This document shows positions 48,430-61,560 of a stretch of 62,403 nt of DNA, one piece after another (position 1 is the stretch's first letter; each line of letters opens with the position of its first letter). Under the pieces are notes generated by a model that did no database searches, was not told the origin of the DNA, and worked only from the letters and a program-made list of their open reading frames with translations. The stretch comes from Convolutriloba macropyga (taxonomy: Eukaryota): contig NC_134469.1 of NCBI RefSeq assembly GCF_964194025.1, forward strand, positions 26,103,598 to 26,166,000. The letters are read 5' to 3'. The translations under genes were made by a program, and so were the position numbers.

Positions 48430-51400
48430 GAATGCAGTAGAGGTATTTTTAAACTTTTATGTGTGCACAAATTCACACGCACCCTGTGGTTCGCTACGGT
48501 ACGTGATACATCGACTCTTGCTGCGGCTTCCGGAAGTTTTTAAGCCAAGTCGGCGGCCTGTGGGTTGTGATTTACGCAACCATGCAGACAGGGCGCAGGA
48601 GAGCAATGAAACAGAATGTTTTGATTTGTTGCTGGTGATTTCCGCAAGCAACAAATCAAAAAAAACAATTAAGCACTGTTATATCAAATTAGTTGGTAGT
48701 TTTATACAAGAAAGAAAAACCAAACTGCAATGGCAGGGAATTGATAACGAAAAGTGTCTCTACGTCAACAATGACAATTAAAAAAACCTGTAATCCTGTA
48801 CAGTTCCAATTTGTTCTTCAAAACATTCGATCCGTGTCTAAGAACCTAGACGAGTTTGAAGTTTACATTAATAGCATGTCTCAGAAACCTGAAGTAGTTT
48901 GCCTTACTGAGACTTGGCTAAATCTTAGCTACAACAATAACTGTTTTTCTTTGAATGGTTATCAAACAATTATAGCCAGCAATTGTAAAAAAAGAGGTGG
49001 AGGTGTTGCATTCTTCTTGAAAAATAACATAAATTGTCAGATAGTTAAAAAATTAGAAACGAATTCCGTTCAACTACTAACAGTCGCCATCAAAACCATA
49101 GAAGAAATCTGGTTCTCATGTTTTTACATGCCACCAAATTGCACTAATGAAGCCAATTTCTTGACGGTTGAAAGATATCTCGACAGCCTAATGGTTGACC
49201 CAGAAACAAAACACGTACTTTGTGGGGATTTTAATGTTCATTTTTTAATAAACAGCAAAAAAAGCCGAAAGCTTAAAAAGCCTTTTAGCCGGAAACGGTC
49301 TCAGTATATCAAGCAATAACGACCCAATGAGGGTATCAAATGGCAGAGGTACGCTCATTGACGCAATATTTTCTAACTTTTTTATAGAAACAAAAGTTAA
49401 ATCAACCAGTATAACAGATCATCACACGGTAGAAGGGTCCTTTGACCTCGATGGCAGTCCAGAAAAGTGTTTTAAAGCTCTAAAAAGCCGCAATTGACAT
49501 AACCTAGATAATCCAATTACAAGAGAAAGACTCGAAAAGGAGCTCAGGTATCAATTTGAGGTCCACAGAAGTAGTTTAGAACTCTTACCAATTGACAAAG
49601 CCTTCAAAAAATTTCACGAATTGCTCACTGAAGCATTAAACAGTCACCTTCCTGAAAAATATCGTACACAAAAAAGAACAAAAATTGGATTGATAATGAG
49701 GTTAAAAACTTAGCGACGAAAAAACGTAGTCTTATGAAACTGGCAGATACAACTGGAAGTCCACAAATTCACGAAAATTTTCAAAAAACTTGTAAAAACC
49801 TTAAATCTCTCATCAGATCTAAAAAACAAACTTTTTTTCAAAATCTACTTAAAACCGATTCGGTGAAGAAAAAATCTTTTTTTGAGCTTTACAGATCTTT
49901 AGCCGGCAATTCAGAGTCCTCTAAAGTTTTCTGCTCGCAAAATAAACTAGAAAAATTTAACGAGTTCTCAAACATTGGGAAAAAATTGAATGCAGTATTT
50001 TTAACAAGAAGTGCCGTTACGATAGAAAACCAGAGTCAAAGTATGTTTCTAAAATCGATATCTGAAAATGACGTAATGTACGCTATCAACAACTGTAAAA
50101 ACAAATTTAGCCTTGATTGCTATAACTTGAACTATTTTTTCATTAAAAAAGTTGACTGTTTGGCAGCTCCTTTACAACTCTTGTTTAACAGATGCATAGA
50201 ACTTGGACAATATCCAGAGAGTTTAAAAATAGCAAAAGTTATACCGTTCTTCAAAAATGGAAATAAAGATGACCCATCAAATTTCAGGCCCATCTAGTTG
50301 CTACCAATTATAGGGAAAGTTTTTGAGCGGATTATATTTGATCGAATTCAAAACTACCTAAACGTTTTCGAAATTCTCTCAGATTCACAATTTGGCTTCA
50401 GGCACGGGAAGAGCACAGTTGATGCCATTGCAACCTTAATAGAGGAAATAAGATCAAATCTCCACAACAACAGTGAAAAAACCAAATGCACCTTTCTAGA
50501 CTGAAAGAAAGCTTTTGATACTGTCGATCACAACATTTTACTGCAAAAGTGTTATAGATATGGTCTGCGTGGTCCAATATACAACATTTTAATGTCATAT
50601 TTGTCCAAACGAATGCAATTTACTTTAATTGGAGATAAAAAGTCCAAACTGAATCTTATAGATCTAGGCGTGCCACAAGGATCAATTCTTGGCCCTCTTT
50701 TGTTTATTATCTACATGACTGACTTAAGTTTGTCCCAGAAAAAATCAAATGTTATTTTATACGCCGATGACACTGTTGTGAAGAGCAGAAGTTCTGCATC
50801 GAAAATTGACGATGATCACGACAGAGCACTAGATAAGGTCAATGATTGGCTCATAAAAAATAAACTAACACTGAACAAGGAAAAAAACAAAAAGCATGCT
50901 TTTTGTAAAGAAAAATCAAAAAAATGTTGTGTCAAGAACATTCATAAAAAAACGCTAAAATTGAAGAAAAACAAAGTTTCAAATACCTGGGCATGACGAT
51001 AGATAATGATCTACGTTTCTCAAAGCACTCAAAGCCTGTGGTCACAAAACTTTTGTCGAGTTGTATCTTTTATAAACTAAGAAAAGTTTTGAGAGAATCA
51101 CAGATGATAAAAGCGTTTAGAACATACATACAGCCAATAGTACAATACGGAGTCCTGATATACGGGTCAACAACAATCACAACTATTAGGGAAATCGACA
51201 AAGTTGTCAAACGTATCGTGCGGCTAATTTTTCATCGAAAAAAGTTTGAAAGCACTTACGAAGAAAGAGTAAAACATAGGATCTATTTAGCCTCAGAGTT
51301 ACATGCCTATGAGGTACTTAAGCAAACACTATAAAACATAAGGGGACAATGTAATATTTCACCAATTTCAAAGGGTTTCTCAATGCAAAATTGCCTTAAA

Positions 51401-51883
51401 AAAAGCAAGCAGTTGATTAAAAACAAAATAATTAAAGGTAAAAATCTATTTCACAGTTTTTAAATAATAGTTAGGATAAGGAGGGTCTTAAGAATGCTTC
51501 TAGGTTACGATGATGAAATAATAGAAAAGATTGAAAGCATGTCTACTGCCGAAACAAAAAATTTCTGTCATCAATTTCTAGATAATTATATTTTGGGTAA
51601 TGAGGACATAGTCAGACTGTTGTATGAGTTTTAATATCACAACTCAAAGGCGTTCCATAACCAGAATAATGTTTTTCACTAGGTTTAATGGTACCTTGAA
51701 AAATAGTGCTTCCTCTTTTTTTTCTACATTTTGAATCACTTTCATCCAGATAAACTGAACGAGACACTTGAGAACGGGCCATTGGCCCAATAGTGCTCTC
51801 CCACAGTCAAATATGTGATTGTATTTGTACAGGTAATTGTGAAAAGCTACTTATTGACTGATGGAAACAATTTATTATTATTA
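48430..51883 (+). mobile_element. Near full-length CR1/L2-type LINE (APE + RT), intronic, disrupted
   Basis: LQNIRS, CLTETW, GGGV, GDFN, TDH, NFRPI, GVPQGSILGP and YADD motifs; (TTA)n tail at ~51871-51883; the 5' boundary is approximate. Confidence 0.92.
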
Positions 51884-51966
51884 AGTTTGTCTGTGCTTTA
51901 TTAGTTCTCCCAATTTCTCTTTATTATTTTTGAAATGGTTTCTTTATGGGATTGTTTGTTGCGCAG

Positions 51967-52123
51967 ACTGACAGAGATGGTGCTTGAGAAGAGCTGTGGG
52001 AGGTGTCTGGAGAAGTTGCAGCCTGGACAAGACCTGATCACTTCCAGTGGAGAGATATTTCACAAGGAATGTTTCGTCTGTGCCGCCTGCTTCCGCCCAT
52101 TCCCAGATGGAGTCTATTATGAT
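51967..52123 (+). CDS. LIMS: PINCH/LIMS-like gene exon (LIM1)
   Basis: CGRC...FHKECFVCAACFRPFPDGVYYD parallels PINCH LIM1; CAG| acceptor and |GTTAGT donor (phase 0). Confidence 0.9.
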
Positions 52124-52637
52124 GTTAGTGGTTTTGACGCTGTTCATTGTTCCTAAACTAAGAATGTTTTTTTTGGAGGGGGGGGGGGTGCTTTGCATGT
52201 CAATCTACTCAATTCCGTTTTACCTAATGTCATTGCCATTTTACCGCCAATTCCATTATACCCAATGCTAATTTAACGATGCTCTTTAAGGTTTGCGTTC
52301 AATAATCCGATTTACAATTAGCAGTCGCTATTACAAGGATGTTTAAACATACGTAAGCTGATAATTTAATCCCTTGTTCGGTTGTAATACTTTCATATCA
52401 AGTCCCATGGGCCGCCGAGGCATGGTCATGGCCCTCAGATATGATTATGCTTAATAATGGTTCCGATATTTTAAAATAGGGTAAAACAAAATTGGCATTA
52501 GTAAAGATGGCAGGTTGGATATAATGTAATTGGGTTAAATGGAATTGGGTAAATTGTCCGGACACCGGTGTGGGGTTTACAAAGAAAAATAGTGATTGTG
52601 AATGGAGATATAGATATATAATATAATCTCTGTTTAG

Positions 52638-52837
52638 TTCGACAACCGCAAGTACTGCGAGGAGGACTTCAACCTTCTGTTTGCGCCCAACTGTCAGGCA
52701 TGTGGGGATTTCGTAAAGGGAAGAGTCATCAAGGCAATGGGTGGCAAGAGCTGGCATGCGGAGTGCTTCGTCTGTTCCAGGTGTGAGACTCCTCTGGCTG
52801 ATACTGGATTCCACACTGTCAAGAGCGAACCTGACAA
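52638..52837 (+). CDS. LIMS: PINCH/LIMS-like gene exon (end of LIM1, LIM2)
   Basis: FDNRKYCEEDFNLLFAPNCQACGDFVKGRVIKAMGGKSWHAECFVCSRCETPLADTGF; TTTAG| acceptor and |GTTAGT donor (phase 2). Not listed in the ORF track. Confidence 0.92.
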
Positions 52838-53234
52838 GTTAGTAGCTTTGACTTTCTACTACACTTTAGTTTGATTTGAGACTGGTCCTGTGAACCGATA
52901 TTAAAAGAATGAAAAATATTGAGGTGAGTCGGAACCTTGTCTACTGAAATTGGAAGTAATACAAAAGAACAAATATCTAAATGAAATGGAACAAATATCT
53001 TAATGAAGCTTTCGAATGTTTTGAGTATATCAATTATGATTTCGTGATGTAAATGCTTCCGTTTTTTGTTCTTTGAAAAAGTTTTTCCTGATGCAGGACG
53101 TGTTGCAAGATTAATGACGGATCGGAAAACTGTCTAGAACAGAAATAATGTCGATTATAAAGACATTGCGTCGTATACTCGATATTAAAATCTGTTCTCT
53201 GAGATTCTATCATGAGTCTGTATTGTGTACGTAG

Positions 53235-53384
53235 ACCCTACTGTAAGCCGTGCTCGGAATACATGATGAAATTGGAGAGTGGGAAGAGGTTCTGTGGAAA
53301 ATGTCACGCCCAGATTGAAAACGATGGACTCCGCATCAAGGACGAGTGGTTCCACGCATATCACTTCAACTGCACCAAGTGCAA
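53235..53384 (+). CDS. LIMS: PINCH/LIMS-like gene exon (end of LIM2, start of LIM3)
   Basis: PYCKPC...FCGKCHAQIE...FHAYHFNCTKC; TAG| acceptor and |GTCAGT donor; phase consistent with the previous exon. Confidence 0.9.
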
Positions 53385-53753
53385 GTCAGTACCACAGGTC
53401 AAACTAAGAAGTCTGCTAACATTGATAAATATTAGGGTTATTAGTAGCAGCCCTCATCTTCTCAGCTGGCCATTATAGTGGCCCTTCGTTACGATCCAAA
53501 GAATTTGGATTTTATTGGTCGCATTGGAGTAGTAAAGTGAGCAAAAAAAAGGAGTAAATTTGAAGAGCAATTTTTAGGATCTGCTCTTAAAGAAGTGAGA
53601 AATTGGTGTCAGAACAAATTTTTAGCTTTTGAAAGCGAATGTTTTTGCACGTGCAGTAATTTTACTTGTATTTGTGCTATTTTTTTGTCTGATTTTCTTA
53701 AAGAATGGTTTCCAAAGACCATTTGTGTTATAATAATGCATAGTTGTATTTTT

Positions 53754-54836
53754 AATAGCCGCCCTCATCTTCTCAGCCGGCTATTATAGCGCTCCTATTT
53801 TTTACAATTCAAAGAATTTGAATTGTATTGGGGCGCTGTCTTTTTTTTTTAAGATCTGTTCACACATTTTCATGATTTTTGAAGTCAAATTGGAGTAGTG
53901 ATTTTGGTCACGCCGAAACAGGAAATGGAGCGAAAAAGCGAGTGGTTTTGCGGCGTGAATTTTTTTCGCTCTAATTTTAAAGTAGAGTGCGAAAATGGTG
54001 TTTGAACAAAAATTCGGTTTCTCGGTAGTGGTTTTTTGTTCACATGCGGCAATTTCACTCTGATTTTTACTGTTTTTTCGATTTTTTGGATCGGATTTTT
54101 TTCTAAACGGTTTTCCCAATCCACTCACAGCTCATTCTAGGCCTAGTTTTTTGTTTTAATTAAATTTTCATTTCTCGCTAGTGGTTTTTTTGTTCATATG
54201 CGGCATTTTGACATTGATTTTTTGTTTTTTTTCTTATTTTTTGATCTGATTTTTTTTAAAATGGTTTTCTCAATTCACTCATAGTCCATTCTAGGTCTAG
54301 TTTTTCTGTTTAGTCAATGAAAATTCTTTGAATTGTACGTCAGGACTTGTCCTGCTATGTTTTTTTTACTTCGTCGAATAAAAAAATGTTTCGCTTTACC
54401 TCATTTTGCCGCCTTTTCGTGAAATCTTTTTGACTTCTCTAGGCTAGTTTCTCTCTTCTCTCATTCTGCTAAAAGTGATTTTGAACATCAGTTGCTCAGC
54501 AAAGCAATTCAAAATGAACAGAGTTAGTACAAAAATGGATGTCAGAAATAGAAACGGGATAAACCCATAAAGCCCAATCTTAGATGCCCGCTATTTGAAC
54601 GTCGTTCCTATAAGTCTTATTTACCATCTCTAATGCTTTTTGTTTTTGATTGTAGCCCCTGTAGCCTCTCTCTAAGAAAGAGAAGTATGTTCAACTACGA
54701 AATGCCATCAAAATAAATCGGACTTAAAAAATGTTTTTGTACAAAATTTTTTTTTTTCAATATCTTCTGTTATTTCAATCCCAATCTTGCTTATTGGAAT
54801 CAACGGCGGCTATTTTCCGGCAATCTGCCGGGTATG
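53754..54836 (+). mobile_element. HINE-like non-autonomous element, family B (~1.08 kb)
   Basis: AATAGCCGCC (53754) and GGCGGCTATT (54805-54814), followed by hairpin CCGGCA-ATC-TGCCGG; T-rich flanks; internal duplication at ~54020-54300. Confidence 0.7.
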
Positions 54837-55236
54837 TTTGAATTATCACGGTCAGATAATGGTTAATAAGACGTGAAAACTATGTTTTAATTAAATTTCT
54901 GTGATTTTTGCTCCTTTTTTGTAGTTCGCTTTGTTGCCCTGTTCTTAGTATCATTAATGACTGGTTTCATGGGCACACTAATGAGGCGTAATGGAAGTGT
55001 TGTAGTAGTTTGGATTGAAAACTAAAGGTAATAGCTTCTCGTTTTCAAACCTATCATACATAACATGTCAAAAAAACTACCAGCGGTTTTTTAGTCTTGC
55101 CCAATTTTCTTAGTTCTTGTTGTTTTAGTAATAGCTCTCGAACTAAGTTTGAAGCAACTATTGCAAACGTGTGTGTTTGTTTTTTGCAGAATTTTTGCTT
55201 GAATGTTTTTGCTCTTTGGTTCTAGAATTTGTTTTT

Positions 55237-55737
55237 AATAGCCGCACAGCGATAGCTGGGGCTATTATTGGCCTTCTCTTGGTTTTTTTTTTATTTCGTC
55301 GTCATGATTTTTGTTACGACCATATGACGTCACAGCCATCTTTTGTTCATTCGTTCATGCAATTGCAACTAAATTGCATATGTGACGTCATCTTTCGCTC
55401 TTAGTGGAGCGAGTTTTTTTGTTCATGCGCGTGATTAAATTTTTGGTCACACTTGACTTACCTCACTCTCAAAAATGACTTCCTACCTTTGAAATTGACT
55501 TTTTTATTTACTTTAATTCAAAGAGATAAGGTCAAATGGGTGTGTGTCACTCTAAATGAAGGTTGATATAGAGCAGCTAATAGAGGCAGCAAAAACTTAT
55601 ACAGATTTTAAATCAAAATAGAACATATCAGCCTTCAATGAAAAGAGGAATTTTTTTGGTCTGTCTTTTTTACTGTTTTTTTAGACTGCAGATCTACGAA
55701 GCTATTGCGGCTATTTTCTGGCAATCTGCCAGCTATG
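55237..55737 (+). mobile_element. HINE-like element, family A
   Basis: AATAGCCGCA / TGCGGCTATT inverted repeat plus CTGGCA-ATC-TGCCAG hairpin. Confidence 0.75.
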
Positions 55738-55843
55738 TTCTCTTCTTTTCAAACTTAGTTCTTGTTTTTTGAGTGATCCAAGTTGCTCTCGTTCTGAAAT
55801 AAAGTTTGTTCGTAAAAGCGATTGTGAGCGAAAGGAAATCGAA

Positions 55844-56010
55844 GACATTGTAGCTGAGTGGTTAAGATGTCAGATTGACAACTTGGAGGTGAGTGGATCG
55901 AACCCCTATGGGGTCGTTTTCTCTACCCATAAGACATTACAAAGCTACACCCCTCTAAATTAAATTACCCTCGCCTGTCGTTCGAGAGCAGCTCATCCGA
56001 TTTTTGTTAT
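55844..56010 (+). mobile_element. tRNA-derived SINE (same family as 12419-12602)
   Basis: A box TAGCTGAGTGG, B box GGATCGAACCC, and shared AATTAAATT...CCTGTCGTTC(G/A)AGAGCA body. Confidence 0.7.
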
Positions 56011-56094
56011 TAATAATAACTTAGCCTGGTTAGTGACAGTTTTCATTGCTTGCTGAATAGATCTAATTAATGTTTTGAGTTCACAGTTAGTTTT

Positions 56095-56588
56095 AATAGC
56101 TGCAAAGCGATAACTGGGGCTATTATTGAGCTTTTCTCTCGGCTTTTATATTTCGTCAAGATTTTTGTTGCGAGCATATGACTTCATAATTTCTTCAAAT
56201 CTGCTTATTTGTTCATGCAATTTTGTTTCAATTGAGTGCGTGACGTTATTTTTCACTCTTAGTGGAGCGAGTTTCTTTGTTCATTTGCGTTGTCTTTGGT
56301 CACACGTAACTTACCTCATTTTCAAAAAAGACATCCTCTTTTTGCTTTGAAAGTGATTTTTATTTACTTTTACTCAAAGAGATAAGGTCAAGTGAGTGTA
56401 TGTTAGTCCAATTGAAGGTCTTTTGAGCAACTAAAACAAGCATCAATAAGTTAAAAAGGGGTATCAAAATATAACATCTCAGCATTTAATAAGAGATTTC
56501 TTTTTTGGTGTCTTTCTTTTGCTATCTTTTTGCGAATGCCGATCTACAAAGCTGTCACGGCTATTTTTGTGGCAATCTGCCAGGTATG
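56095..56588 (+). mobile_element. HINE-like element, family A (more diverged)
   Basis: Colinear with 55237-55737; ends CGGCTATT...TGGCAATCTGCCA. Confidence 0.7.
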
Positions 56589-57339
56589 TTCTTAATAGGC
56601 GCTGTCAACCTCTCAACGACTAACATTTAGGATCTCTCCTTTTTAGAATTTGCTTTACCTTACATCCACTTTTTCTTTTTTTTTTACTTAAGTCACGATT
56701 TGCACGTTTGATTCCTGATCTACATCACTCACTTTATCAACTGAATGAATTTTAAATTCTCTCGCTCACCGAATTACGCAATGTAGTCAACACGGTCAAG
56801 GTCAAAAAAGCAACATCGAAAGAAACGGTTGGAACTGATAATGCCCGGTCATTAAGTCATAGTGCATTGTGTTTTCAAAGTTCGTTGGGGCGGATAGCCG
56901 GCATCAGTATTAAGCCGGCTATCATTTTTCCTGTCATTTTTCTCTTTTTTCTAGAAAACAAATTCTGTCGTTTTTTCTCCTTTTTTTTAGCCTTATTGTT
57001 GTGATAAACTTATTAAATAGTTTCTGATTAACTGAATTCCAGGGCAGCCGTGGTGGCTCTGTTGAAAACACCCCTTTATCTGAATTGTGAATCATGCCCT
57101 CAAAACCTAAAGGATCAGTACCTGAGGAGACGAGCGAAGAGGTGGGCTGAACACACCTGTTCGCATGTAATGGCCGCAGTCCAGATGGAAGTCACTAACC
57201 TGCTTGGGTTCCCACGTGGCTGCCAAAACGGGTTCATGGAACGCCCATTCCTGGAAATAGAAAGTCCCACTCGAGTGACATGTAAATCTAGCACCATCAT
57301 TGACCGCATAATACATAAGTGATTGGGAAGTTGATGCAA

Positions 57340-59520
57340 AAGTAGAGAAAGTCAGAATATCTGATCACTTTGCGATAACTGTCCAAATACCTGTAAGAAG
57401 TAGTTCCTCTGAAAAAAAGCAAATTAAAGTCCCCCCTTTTTTGAAGGATGAACAAACACACGTCACGTTACTGAGTGATCTTCATTCTGAATTTTTCTTA
57501 GTAAATCTTGAACAGAGCATTGATGCAGCGTTTGATAACCTAGAAGAGAAACTTACACTAGTTGTAAATCGAAATGCCAATGACAAGGAGTGGAAAACTC
57601 CCCGAAATCCCTGGATAACAAATGCAGTAAAAAACTGCGTAGCTAAGAAGGCAAAGTTTTCCCGCCTTTTCCAAATATTCAGAGCACCTGCTGATGAACA
57701 GTGCTTCAAACATTACGTGCTGTGGTGAATAAACCAGTTAAAGCATCCAAGAAGCAAAACTATTGGGCCTTCTTCTCAAGAAATTCAACAATTCTCGAAA
57801 GTTTTTTCGAGACTTAAATGCCTTGTGTGGTAGAGAAAAAAGGCGAAGCAATATTGTTTTACTAGACGGAAATACTTTGCTGAGCGAATTGGAAGACGTC
57901 GTTAAAGTTTGTGAGTTTGGCTTTACCTCGTAACGACAAGGTTTCTACAATTGTCTCAGATATTGCGGAAAATGAACACAGCTTCTTTCTGCATCCTCTA
58001 GGTAAGGTAGAGCTTGAACGTTATGTAGCTGAATTGAAAGATTGAAAATTGTCAGGCCTCGATGGACTCTTTGCAGAATGGACCCTTGCCGAAATTGTGA
58101 AGTCTAGTCTTCCAGTTCTCCGAGAACCCCTTCTGTATATGTTCAATCGCTACTTGAGTGAAGGCGTTTTTCCAGAATGCCTCAAAAGATCTAAAGTTTT
58201 CTCATTGCATAAAAGAGGCTCAAAAATGAATATTGACAACTACCGCTCAATTTCTATACTCCCTGTAGTAAGTAAATTGCTTGAAAATCGTTTACGCAAG
58301 AATTGAATGATTCTTCTTGAAATTTAATATTTTCTATCCGAAGCAGTTCGGCTTTTGATCAAAATACTCAACTATCCACGCCTTAGCCCATGTCACCGAA
58401 ACGCTCCATGAAAACCCAGGTATTGAATATGTTTCCATTCTCCTGGACTTTCGTGAAGTCTTTGATACTGTGAATCACACACCGTCTTTTATCGAAATTG
58501 GAGATTTATGGCGTTCGTGGTGTGGCATTAGATTGGTTAAAATTCTATTTGTCAAATAGATTGCAGTGTGTAGAACTTTTTTCAATCCCTTTCCCTTTTT
58601 TTACCAGTGACCTGTGGTGTTCCCCAAGGATCAATTTTGGGTCCGCTTCTATCCCTTATCTATGTAAATGATCTACCCGTTGTTTCTTCCCTTTTTAGAC
58701 ACATACTTGTTTACAGATGATACAAATTGTCTTTATACCTGTGATGATGGTGAAAAATCAAAGCTGAACAATGAACTGAACAAATTGTTTGAGTGGATCA
58801 AGAAAAATGAACTTTCACTGAACATTTCGAAAACTCAAGTTCTGCAAATTCATGGAAAAAATGATCTCACTATAGAATTAGACGGTGAATTGTTGTTTAA
58901 GTAGCCGCTAGTTACCTATCTCGGAATAAAGATAGATGAGAGGTTCAATTTTACAAGCCATATTCAGGATACTGTAAAAAAGTTTCCTAGCAGATTTTCA
59001 TTGTGTCGCGGTTGCGACACCTTGTCAGTCGTGATGTTGTAATACGGTATACAATGTTTACAACAAACCTGTCATACAATATAGTGTATTGATGTACGGT
59101 TGCACATCGAGCAACCGTTTACTTCAAATTTACTTGCAACAAAAGAAACTACTCAGGCTAATTTTCTTCAAAAGCTCAAGGTATCATTCCAGTTCACTTT
59201 TCAAAGATTCAGGAATTCAAAACATATATGATATTTATACGTTTGAATTGTTAAAAATTTCTCTTTAATCGATCAAGCGATTGCAACCGTCTTGCTACCT
59301 AAACAATATCTTCAAAAGGAAGCTGAAAACTTCCTTGGCTACCCGAGCTACAACGTGTGGCTTGTATGAAGTTCCCGCAGCAAAATGTCTGAGTGTTAGC
59401 CATTCTCTAAGATATCGCGGAGCCAAATTACTCAATACGCTAGTAAAAAGTGATGACTTCATAGAATAAGTTGATTTTTGAACAGCTGCGAGCAAAAATC
59501 AGTCCTTTAAAACTTAAGCT
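57340..59520 (+). mobile_element. Degenerate 5'-truncated CR1/L2-type LINE
   Basis: SDH, NPWIT, NYRSIS, GVPQGSILGP, FTDD and YLGI remnants; many stops and frameshifts. Confidence 0.85.
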
Positions 59521-60399
59521 AAACTTCAGACTTCACTAAGGTTAAGTGATATCTGTTTCAATATAGAAGTAGGTTAAGAAAAATAGGTAGAGAACTCAAA
59601 CGCAATCAATGCTCTGCACTTTTAACTCGGGTCCTCATAATAAAAAGGTGATCCACCTTTAGGATGGTCCCCTCTGATTCATCTCTAATTCTTCTAAGCT
59701 CTTCGAAATTTTATTATTATGAATCAGAGAAATTAATTCTTTCTTCTGTCTTTCTTCTTTCTTTTTTCTCTTTAATCCTGATGTACGTAGATTGTATCGA
59801 TGGTGTTTTCCCGGCAATGTGCAGGCTATTTTTAGTGCTTTGACACTTTCTAAAAACTGTAGCGATTTGTTAGTATAGCTTGTTTTTGTAGTACTTTTTT
59901 GTCTCGTCACTGAATGTCACTATGTGAATACAGTCAAGGTCAAAAGAGGAAAATCAAAAGAGACGGGATAAACCGATGAAGCCGATAAAGAATTAGGTTA
60001 TCAAAATTCATTAGAGTGTTTGCTAGCTGACATTGGTATTAAGTTTATTAGCTTAGAGTTTAGAAGCTGAATTAAGTATAGTTTTAGAATCTAACCGAAA
60101 CTGCACGTCGAATTAACACTTTTTGACACTGAACAAAGCATATGATTAATTTATCTCTTTTTATTAGCCGCGAAGCTACAGCGGCTATTATTGGGGTTAT
60201 CGTGTTTTTTACAATCCAAGAATTGGATTATATTGGTGCTCTCTTTTTTATTTTTGTAAGATGTTTTCACACCTTTCTTCCATACTTTGAGCTTTCAAAA
60301 TGGGGTAAACCGGTAAAGCTCAGCGGCATCAGGTTTTATCAGATGCCCTTAGCCGCGTTTAGTAGTCCGTCAAGTGCTTAGAGTGGTGAAGCAACTGGG

Positions 60400-61560
60400 A
60401 AGGCCGTATTTCAAGGTTAAAAGATCAGTTTTTGGAGTTTTTGAGCCCAAAGTGTTAAAATTTTTCGAATTTTTTCATCTTTTTTGAGTGTTTGTTGGAC
60501 TAGTCTAAACTAGCGGTTTGTAAAGGTTTATATATGTCTTTTTCAAGAATTAATTACTCTTTGTGACCAATTTAAGAGCTATATCTTTTGGTACTCGAAA
60601 CACGCAAATTTATACAAAGTTTTGGAATTTTTTTGTTATTTTTTGAGTTTTTTGCATAGCTGTCAAGCAACCTCCTCCAGGTTTTGATAATAGGTATTTG
60701 CATAGTTTCTAGTGGTAATAAAATTAATTTTCAACATTTTTAACATCACAAATTTTAGTAATTTTTTTTTAAAACTTGCATTTTCAAATTTTTGAAAATT
60801 TATTGTCATTATCTAAGTTTTTCGAGCCCCCGGAGCCAGGAAATCTCCTCTCGCGTTTGATATTAGGGTACTTTAAAATTTTTATTGTCCATGGAATGGT
60901 TTTCATCATTTAAATATCACAAATTTTAGCAATATTTTGATAAAACTTGCAATTTTTTTCAAATTTGAAAATTTTCTGTCATTTTTTAGGTTTTTTCAGC
61001 CTCAAGGGTCAACCAACCTCCTCCATGGTCTGATAATAGGTTACAGCATAGCTTCTAGGGCAATGACAAAGTTTTATTTTTAATATAACGAGTTTTAGCT
61101 TTTTTGTTTTAATGAAACTTGAAATTTTTTACCACAGAGTTTTCCGGCACCATGGGCCCATAAATCTCCTCTGCGGTTTGATATTAAATTACTGCATAGT
61201 TGCTAGTGGAATTGGACTGGTTATCAATATTTTAATAACACGAGTTTTTGCAATTTTTGATAAATTTTTTTTTATATTTCTGAAAATTATAATGTCTCAA
61301 ATTTATTGATCTTTAGCAGCCAGTGAAACTCTTTCAGGTTCAAAAAAGAAATACTAGATAGTCTCTGGGGACACGGAATTGGCACTCAAGTTTTTAATAT
61401 CACGAATTTTACCAAGAGTTTGTTAAAATTTGCCATTGTTTTTAATTTTTTGAATTTGTTTTTGTTGTTTTCTGAGTTTGACGATCTTTAAAAGCCTACG
61501 AAAAATTTTTAGGTCTTGCAGATGGGTCACATGACAGCGCTCCACCGAACAAAACATGGC
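60400..61560. repeat. Degenerate tandem repeat, ~150-175 bp period
   Basis: CTCCTC...TGATA(A/T)TAGG...GCATAG..CTAG recurs near 60672, 60845, 61018 and 61166. Confidence 0.65.

Noticed and set aside
47760-48781. ORFs of 185 and 117 aa
   Set aside because: Non-ATG starts, overlap with C-rich repeat or LINE 5' region, and no recognisable domain.
52398-52814. Minus-strand 138-aa ORF (and other short antisense ORFs over coding or TE regions)
   Set aside because: Shadow of the plus-strand LIM exon or of TE ORFs; no independent motifs.
44555-54836. Direct repeats at 44555-44995 and 54403-54835 as LTRs of a ~10-kb element
   Set aside because: No PBS, PPT, TSD or gag/pol; they enclose host exons and are separate copies of a HINE-like family.
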